Shown here: one piece after another, positions 6,391-11,520 of the stretch | Layout of the letters: each line of letters starts with the position of its first letter | How positions within the stretch are numbered: position 1 is the first letter of the stretch | Virus record (IMG/VR): IMGVR_UViG_2671180727_000025 | DNA from: a virus | Taxonomy: Duplodnaviria; Heunggongvirae; Uroviricota; Caudoviricetes | Strand: one strand, 5' to 3' | Length of the DNA: 11,520 bases | The notes under the pieces: generated by a model | Seen by the model: the letters and a program-made list of their open reading frames with translations, nothing else | What the model was told of the DNA's origin: nothing | Databases searched by the model: none | Made by a program: the position numbers and the translations under genes

Positions 6391-6948
6391 ATGAAGAGTA
6401 TGGAAATCCGGTCATCGGAAATCACCACCAGCGGCAGCAACACGCTTACAGGCTACGTTGTTCGCTGGGATAAGCTTTCAGAACTGTTATGGGGTGAGTT
6501 TTACGAAAAATTCCAGCGGGGGGCGTTTACTGAATGGCTTGCGGCGGGTAATGACGTTCGCGGCCTGTATGAGCATGACCACAGTATGTTACTGGGGCGC
6601 ACCCGTTCCGGCACGCTGAAACTGGAAGAGGATGAAACAGGGTTACGCTTTGAACTGACCCCACCGGATACCAGTACAGGGCGCGACGTTATCGAACTGG
6701 TTAAACGTGGTGATATATCCGGCATGAGCTTTGGCTTTCGCTCCCGTAAGGATGTATGGGATACCACAACAGATCCATGCGTGCGCACCGTGCTGGTGGC
6801 GGAACTGTACGAAATTACCGTTACATCGGTACCGGCTTACCCCGATTCCGGCGTGGAGCTGGCCCGCCGTTCCCTGTATGAGCAGCACCCCGAAAAAATG
6901 CCGCGTGCGGATAATCGCCGCTGGTGGGTGGATTTAGCGGGGGTGTGA
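6391..6948 (+). CDS. Prohead serine protease, HK97 family
   Basis: Track ORF 6376..6948; preferred start is ATG 6391 (MKSMEIRS...), with GGGTGA 7 nt upstream. N-terminal ...GYVVRWDKLSE..., a candidate catalytic His (EHDHSMLLGRT) and Ser (DISGMSFGF) match the HK97 prohead protease pattern. Confidence 0.85.
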   Translation: MKSMEIRSSEITTSGSNTLTGYVVRWDKLSELLWGEFYEKFQRGAFTEWLAAGNDVRGLYEHDHSMLLGRTRSGTLKLEEDETGLRFELTPPDTSTGRDVIELVKRGDISGMSFGFRSRKDVWDTTTDPCVRTVLVAELYEITVTSVPAYPDSGVELARRSLYEQHPEKMPRADNRRWWVDLAGV

Positions 6949-6949
6949 T

Positions 6950-8161
6950 ATGTGGCCTTTCAGAAGAAAAAAAGAGCAGCGCAGCATGACGCTTGATGAA
7001 TTTATGGCGCTGGCTGGCACATCGAACACGGGGGCGGGTGAGTACGTATCATCGGGGACAGCGGAATCACTGCCTGCCGTCATGAACGCCGTTACGGTCA
7101 TCTCTGAGGCGGTGGCTACTATGCCATGCTACCTGTACCTGGTACGCAATGAGAAGGGGAAGGAGGCCCGCGAGTGGCTTGATTCTCATCCGGTCGATCA
7201 CATCCTCAACGAGCGCCCGAACGCATGGCAAACCCCCTACCAGTTTAAGCGAATGATGATCCGCCACTGCCTGTTAAACGGTAATGCTTATGCGGTTATT
7301 CAGTGGGGGCGTGATGGTTTTCCGGCGGCTTTACATCCTTACCCGCCGCAGTCGGTGAACGTGGAGCAGACAGGCGAACACAACTGGCGCTATTGCATCA
7401 CTGACGCCTACACCGGAAACACCCACAACTATTTACCGTGGGAAGTACTTCACCTTCGTTACTCCACGGATGACGGCTTTATGGGGCGCTCACCTGTAAC
7501 CATCTGCCGCGAATCGCTGGGGCTTGGGCTGGCCCAACAACGCCACGGCGCGAGCGTGATGCGTGATGGCATGATGGCGGCAGGGGTTATCACGTCAGGC
7601 GAATGGCTGGACGGCGTGAAGGGCAAACAGGCATTAGCCGCACTGGAACGCTACAAAGGGGCCAGAAACGCCGGAAAAACGCCCATCCTTGAAGGGGGGA
7701 TGAGCTATCAGCAGCTGGGCATGAGTAATCAGGATGCTGAATGGCTGGCCTCCCGTCGCTTTACCATTGAAGACATCGCCCGAATGTTCAACGTCTCGCC
7801 GATTTTTTTGCAGGAATACAGCAACAGCACCTACAGCAATTTCAGCGAGGCAAGCCGCGCATTTCTCACCATGACGATGCGCCCGTGGCTGGCGAACTTT
7901 GAGCAGCAGATAAAAAACGCCCTGCTGGTGGCCTCGCCTGTACCTGGTATCCGGTATCAGGTGGAGTTTGACAGCGCGGACCTGTTACGGGCCACACCTG
8001 GCGAACGCTTTGCCACCTATGAGCGCGGCATCAAATCCGGCGTTATGTGCCCGAACGAAGCCCGCGAACGTGAAGGACTGTCACCGCGTGATGGTGGTGA
8101 TGAGTTCAGTCAGGCATGGAAACAGGAAGTAAAAATCAGCGAGGGAGAAAAACCGGAATGA
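6950..8161 (+). CDS. Portal protein, HK97 family
   Basis: 403-aa ORF with ATG at 6950, 1 nt after the protease stop, and a GGGGGTG Shine-Dalgarno. Size and the conserved region around HPVDHILNERPNAWQTPYQF...LLNGNAYAV are consistent with HK97-type portals. Placement next to protease and capsid supports the call. Confidence 0.85.
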   Translation: MWPFRRKKEQRSMTLDEFMALAGTSNTGAGEYVSSGTAESLPAVMNAVTVISEAVATMPCYLYLVRNEKGKEAREWLDSHPVDHILNERPNAWQTPYQFKRMMIRHCLLNGNAYAVIQWGRDGFPAALHPYPPQSVNVEQTGEHNWRYCITDAYTGNTHNYLPWEVLHLRYSTDDGFMGRSPVTICRESLGLGLAQQRHGASVMRDGMMAAGVITSGEWLDGVKGKQALAALERYKGARNAGKTPILEGGMSYQQLGMSNQDAEWLASRRFTIEDIARMFNVSPIFLQEYSNSTYSNFSEASRAFLTMTMRPWLANFEQQIKNALLVASPVPGIRYQVEFDSADLLRATPGERFATYERGIKSGVMCPNEAREREGLSPRDGGDEFSQAWKQEVKISEGEKPE

Positions 8162-8496
8162 ACATAGGGCGACTGCGTGACAGGATAACGATTCAGACCC
8201 TGAAACAGACCAGAGCCATGACGGGCGAAATACTCGAAACGTGGGAGGACGGTCACACACTCTGGGCAAGCGTGAACATGATCAGCAGCAAGGAGGCCAT
8301 TTCATCGGGCGCAGAGCTGGCGATTGGTACCGTAAGGATCTGGATACGGTACCGGAAGGACATCAACGCCACCAGCCGGATAAAGGTCAGTACGGGGCCG
8401 CTGGCGGGGCGTGTACTGAATATCATCGGGCAGCCGTTGCCGGATGTCGCCAGGACACGCCTTGAAATTCTTTGTCGTGAGGGCGCGGAAAAATGA
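8158..8496 (+). CDS. Head closure / head-tail adaptor protein (SPP1 gp16-like)
   Basis: 112 aa from ATG 8158, which overlaps the portal stop (ATGA), with a GAGGGAG Shine-Dalgarno at 8141-8147. N-terminal MNIGRLRDRITIQ and the IRYRKDI core are characteristic of this family. The track ORF start 8116 lies inside the portal gene and is rejected. Confidence 0.7.
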   Translation: MNIGRLRDRITIQTLKQTRAMTGEILETWEDGHTLWASVNMISSKEAISSGAELAIGTVRIWIRYRKDINATSRIKVSTGPLAGRVLNIIGQPLPDVARTRLEILCREGAEK

Positions 8497-8789
8497 CAGA
8501 AGAACTTATCACCCTGGAAGAAGTGAAACTCCATTGCCGTATCGATGGAGACGAGGAAGACCAGTTAATCAGCGGATACATTGCCGCATCGCTTGAGGCG
8601 TGCCAGATACACATAGGCAGGCGCTTTGATGACGGGCTGGAGTTCACGCCAGCCATAAAGATTGGCTGCATGATGTTTATCGCTCACCTGTATGAGAATC
8701 GCCAGATTGTCGCGGATAACGCAAAAACACGCGTACCCATGACGATTGGCGCACTCTGGACGGCTTACCGTGATGTGGGGGTGTACTGA
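8493..8789 (+). CDS. gp6-like head-tail connector protein
   Basis: 98-aa ORF with ATG overlapping the upstream stop (ATGA). N-terminal ITLEEVKLHCRIDGDEEDQLISGYIAASLEACQ matches the typical gp6-like connector N-terminus. Confidence 0.7.
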   Translation: MTEELITLEEVKLHCRIDGDEEDQLISGYIAASLEACQIHIGRRFDDGLEFTPAIKIGCMMFIAHLYENRQIVADNAKTRVPMTIGALWTAYRDVGVY

Positions 8790-9229
8790 TGCCGTGGCAA
8801 CCATTAAGACGATGCACAGAACCAGGCTGTAACAGGCGCGTTAAATCCGGCAAGTGTGAGGAGCACAGGCGGGCGGCATGGCGTGCAGAGGATGCCAGAC
8901 GAGGACACCGCCGCGCGCGTGGATATTCCAGACAGTGGGACAAATACCGCGCCATGTATCTGAGTAAAAACCCGTTATGCGTGCGATGCCTTGAGAAGGG
9001 GATATATACGCCCGCCGTGGTGGTGGATCACATTATCCCGATTAATGGCGGTGATGATGTTCTCTTCTGGCCCGAATGGAACCATCAACCATTGTGTCAG
9101 GCGTGTCATAACCAGAAAACGAAATGGCTTGATCCGGCAACAAAAAGCAAGCGTGCCGCAGGTGGATTTCGTGAAGAGGAAGAACGGGCCGCTAACCGCA
9201 ATAACTGGATGTATGACGCTGATGAATGA
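8789..9229 (+). CDS. HNH endonuclease, terminase-associated (HK97 gp74-like)
   Basis: 146-aa ORF with ATG overlapping the upstream stop. Cys pairs (CTEPGCN, CVRC, CQACHNQ) and the DHIIPINGG...NHQPLCQACHNQKT HNH motif. Sits next to the terminase genes, as in cos-type HK97-like packaging modules. Confidence 0.88.
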   Translation: MPWQPLRRCTEPGCNRRVKSGKCEEHRRAAWRAEDARRGHRRARGYSRQWDKYRAMYLSKNPLCVRCLEKGIYTPAVVVDHIIPINGGDDVLFWPEWNHQPLCQACHNQKTKWLDPATKSKRAAGGFREEEERAANRNNWMYDADE

Positions 9230-9395
9230 TCGGGAACAAAACCGCCTTATCCGTGGACTTATAAGGCAGCGTGACGCATGGAAGACACAGGAAACAGGGC
9301 ATAAAGATAAAGCGTCAGGACGCGCAGAACGCATCACAGCGAAGCGATTAACCGACCGTGACCGCGAGGTTATGGAATGTTTCCGCAATCGCTGA
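9213..9395 (+). CDS. Possible small basic protein (hypothetical, weakly supported)
   Basis: 60-aa ORF (MTLMNDREQNRLIRGLIRQRDAWK...) from ATG 9213, overlapping the HNH 3' end in another frame. No convincing Shine-Dalgarno. The region could instead be non-coding packaging-site DNA. Confidence 0.25.
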   Translation: MTLMNDREQNRLIRGLIRQRDAWKTQETGHKDKASGRAERITAKRLTDRDREVMECFRNR

Positions 9396-9518
9396 TGAGG
9401 CTGTATGACGGGGTGGGGGGCGTTTTCAGGACAAACCCGACCCCGCCGGGCACCGAACGCCTCCTCAAATTTTTATGCACGGGAATTTTTTGAAAAATAA
9501 TCTGGCGAAAAAATAAGC
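9396..9518. other. Candidate packaging (cos) region upstream of the small terminase gene
   Basis: Non-coding stretch between the HNH and small terminase genes containing a G-rich tract (GGGGTGGGGGG, 9410-9420) and an imperfect GC-rich inverted repeat (9407-9418 versus 9436-9447). In HK97-like cos phages the cos site lies between the HNH gene and terS. Assignment is positional inference only. Confidence 0.2.
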
Positions 9519-9875
9519 ATGTCAAGACCACCGAAAGCCCCCGCCTACCTGGATGATATCGCCGTGAAGCAGTGGCGGGAAAAATCTAGGCAGCTTGCGG
9601 AACGGGGAGACCTGACCCCCGCCGACTGGAGCAATCTGGAACTGTATTGTGTCAACTACTCCATTTACCGGAAAGCCGTTGCAGACCTTGCGGCGCGCGG
9701 GTTCAGCATTGTTAACAGTCAGGGCGGTGAGAGCAGAAACCCCGCATTAAGCGCAAAATCCGACGCTGAAAGAGTGATGATAAAAATGGCCTCCTTGCTC
9801 GGTTTTGACCCGATAAGCCGCCGTAAAAATCCACCGGAAACAGAAGAAGAGGACGAGCTTGACCGCCTGGAATAA
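9519..9875 (+). CDS. Terminase small subunit, P27 family
   Basis: 118-aa ORF. The conserved pattern ...W..LELYCVNYSIYRKAVADL...NP...LLGFDPISRRK matches P27-type small terminases. Lies directly upstream of, and overlapping, the large terminase gene. Confidence 0.8.
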   Translation: MSRPPKAPAYLDDIAVKQWREKSRQLAERGDLTPADWSNLELYCVNYSIYRKAVADLAARGFSIVNSQGGESRNPALSAKSDAERVMIKMASLLGFDPISRRKNPPETEEEDELDRLE

Positions 9876-11520
9876 GTACGCAGAAGACGTAAAAACGGGC
9901 AAAATTCCGGCCTGTAAACGGCTGAAACAGGCCGTTAAACGGTACTTTTCGGACCTTGAAAGCCCCCTTTACACGTTCGATCGTGAGGTTGTGGAGCGGT
10001 TTATTGCCTTTTCCAGGGTGTGCCCGCACGTAAAAGGGCCGATGCGTGGCAGATCCATTGAGCTGGAGCCGTGGCAGCAGTTCGCCTTTGCGTGCATCCT
10101 CGGCTTTAAGGTTAAGGCCACCGGACGGCGCAAATACACGAGCGCCTTTATCGAAGTGCCGCGCAAAAATGCGAAATCCACGACCGCCGCGATTCTGGCT
10201 AACTGGTTTCTGATTATGGAGAACGGGCAGCAGGATATTTACACCGCAGCGGTGAGCCGTGACCAGGCGCGGATCGTTTTTGATGATGCGCGTCAGATGT
10301 GCCTTTTATCCCGACCGTTACGCAGGCGGGTGAATATTCAGGCCCACAAGGTGATGCACCCGAAAAGCAACAGCCTGTTAAAGCCGCTGGCAGCAAAAGC
10401 GGCAACCATCGAGGGCACAAACCCAAGCCTTTCCATCGTGGACGAATACCACCTACACCCCGATAACGGCGTTTATTCCGCGCTTGAGCTGGGGATGGGC
10501 GCACGTCCCGAAGGGCTGTTATTTGCCATTACCACATCGGGCAGTAACGTCGTTTCAGCCTGTAAGCAGCACTATGATTATTGCTGCCAGATCCTGGACG
10601 GCGAAGAGGTCAACGATTCAATTTTTGTGCTGATTTACGAGCTGGACGACGAAAACGAGGTTGATGATCCGGCGATGTGGATAAAGGCTAACCCTAACAT
10701 CGATGTTTCCGTGGATCGTGAAAAACTGGCCTCAACCATCCAGAAAGCGCGGGGTATTCCGTCGCAATGGGTGGAGATGATGACAAAGCGATTTAATATC
10801 TGGTGCCAGGGGGCTACCCCGTGGATGGGTAACGGCGCATGGGCTGAGTGTGCCGGAACGTACACGGAGGAAGATTTACACGGGCAGGAGTGTTACGCGG
10901 GGCTGGACTTATCATCAACCAGCGATATTTCCAGCGTGTGCTATGCCTTTCCGGTCGGTAAAAATATCATGCTGGTTTCCCGTCATTATCTGCCGGAGTT
11001 CCAGCTACAGAACCCCGCCAATAAAAACCGCGCTGTCTATCGCCAGTGGGCTAAAGCGGGCTGGATACGCACAACGCCAGGTGACTGCATTGATTACGAC
11101 CGGATCAGAGATGACATCATGCAGGATGCGGAGAAATTTAATATCAGGCTGGTGGGCTTTGATACGTGGAACGCCACGCATCTCAGGACGCAATTACAGG
11201 GGGCTGGTTTTGAGGTGGAGCCGTTCCCGCAAACCTACCTCAGATTCAGTCCGGCGGCGAAATCGTTCGAAGTTTTTGTTAACCGCAGGGTGATTGTGCA
11301 TCGTGGCGATCCGGTGTTGTCCTGGTCGATGAGTAACGTCGTGATGCAGAGTGACGCGAACGCCAATATCAAGCCGAACAAGAAAAAATCACCGAACAAG
11401 ATAGACCCGAGCGTGGCGGCGCTGATGGCGTTTGGTACATTCCAGGCAGAGCATGAGGATTTTGCTTTTGATATAAGCGACAGCCACCGCCAGAAACTGG
11501 AAGAATTTAGCGGGGTGTAA
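9859..11520 (+). CDS. Terminase large subunit (Terminase_1-type)
   Basis: 553-aa ORF. ATPase motifs (VPRKNAKST Walker A-like, SIVDEYH Walker B-like) and a C-terminal nuclease region. Apparent TTG start at 9859 overlaps the small-terminase 3' end by 17 nt, preceded by GAGGA (9849-9853); the first in-frame ATG is about 60 codons in and would truncate the conserved N-terminus. The stop is the last codon of the window. Confidence 0.9.
   Translation: MTAWNKYAEDVKTGKIPACKRLKQAVKRYFSDLESPLYTFDREVVERFIAFSRVCPHVKGPMRGRSIELEPWQQFAFACILGFKVKATGRRKYTSAFIEVPRKNAKSTTAAILANWFLIMENGQQDIYTAAVSRDQARIVFDDARQMCLLSRPLRRRVNIQAHKVMHPKSNSLLKPLAAKAATIEGTNPSLSIVDEYHLHPDNGVYSALELGMGARPEGLLFAITTSGSNVVSACKQHYDYCCQILDGEEVNDSIFVLIYELDDENEVDDPAMWIKANPNIDVSVDREKLASTIQKARGIPSQWVEMMTKRFNIWCQGATPWMGNGAWAECAGTYTEEDLHGQECYAGLDLSSTSDISSVCYAFPVGKNIMLVSRHYLPEFQLQNPANKNRAVYRQWAKAGWIRTTPGDCIDYDRIRDDIMQDAEKFNIRLVGFDTWNATHLRTQLQGAGFEVEPFPQTYLRFSPAAKSFEVFVNRRVIVHRGDPVLSWSMSNVVMQSDANANIKPNKKKSPNKIDPSVAALMAFGTFQAEHEDFAFDISDSHRQKLEEFSGV

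Noticed and set aside
8116-8157. ATG 8116 start for the head closure gene
   Set aside because: Lies inside the portal coding sequence. The conserved N-terminus MNIGRLRDRITIQ begins at 8158, which has a Shine-Dalgarno and ATGA coupling.
8975-9388. Long alternative-frame ORFs over the HNH gene (8991..9395 + and 8975..9388 -)
   Set aside because: They overlap the strongly supported HNH gene. Only the short tail after the HNH stop (9213..9395) is kept, as a low-confidence candidate.
10850-11293. 147-aa + strand ORF inside the large terminase gene
   Set aside because: Alternative frame of the large terminase gene with an Arg/Ser-rich composition typical of off-frame translation.
1-11520. Search for tRNA, integrase, att sites, tail or lysis genes
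   Set aside because: None recognisable within the window. Their absence here cannot be taken as absence from the element, since both borders lie outside the window.

Overview
The window is a densely packed, almost entirely + strand segment of an enterobacterial-type phage-related mobile element. From left to right it holds: (i) a divergent regulatory switch, with a small ribbon-helix-helix-like regulator on the - strand and a 22-bp-periodic operator repeat array; (ii) an operon of six small translationally coupled ORFs of unknown function; (iii) a RepA/AAA_25-type replication helicase followed directly by an iteron-rich putative origin, two more small ORFs, an SSB and a PerC-family regulator; (iv) a head-only HK97-type morphogenesis and packaging block (major capsid, prohead protease, portal, head closure protein, gp6-like connector, HNH endonuclease, small and large terminase) in a non-canonical order. 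No tail, lysis or integrase genes fall inside the window. My best interpretation is a capsid-forming phage satellite (cfPICI-like island) rather than a complete prophage, but the element borders lie outside the window and all homology calls are made by eye from the translations, not by database search.
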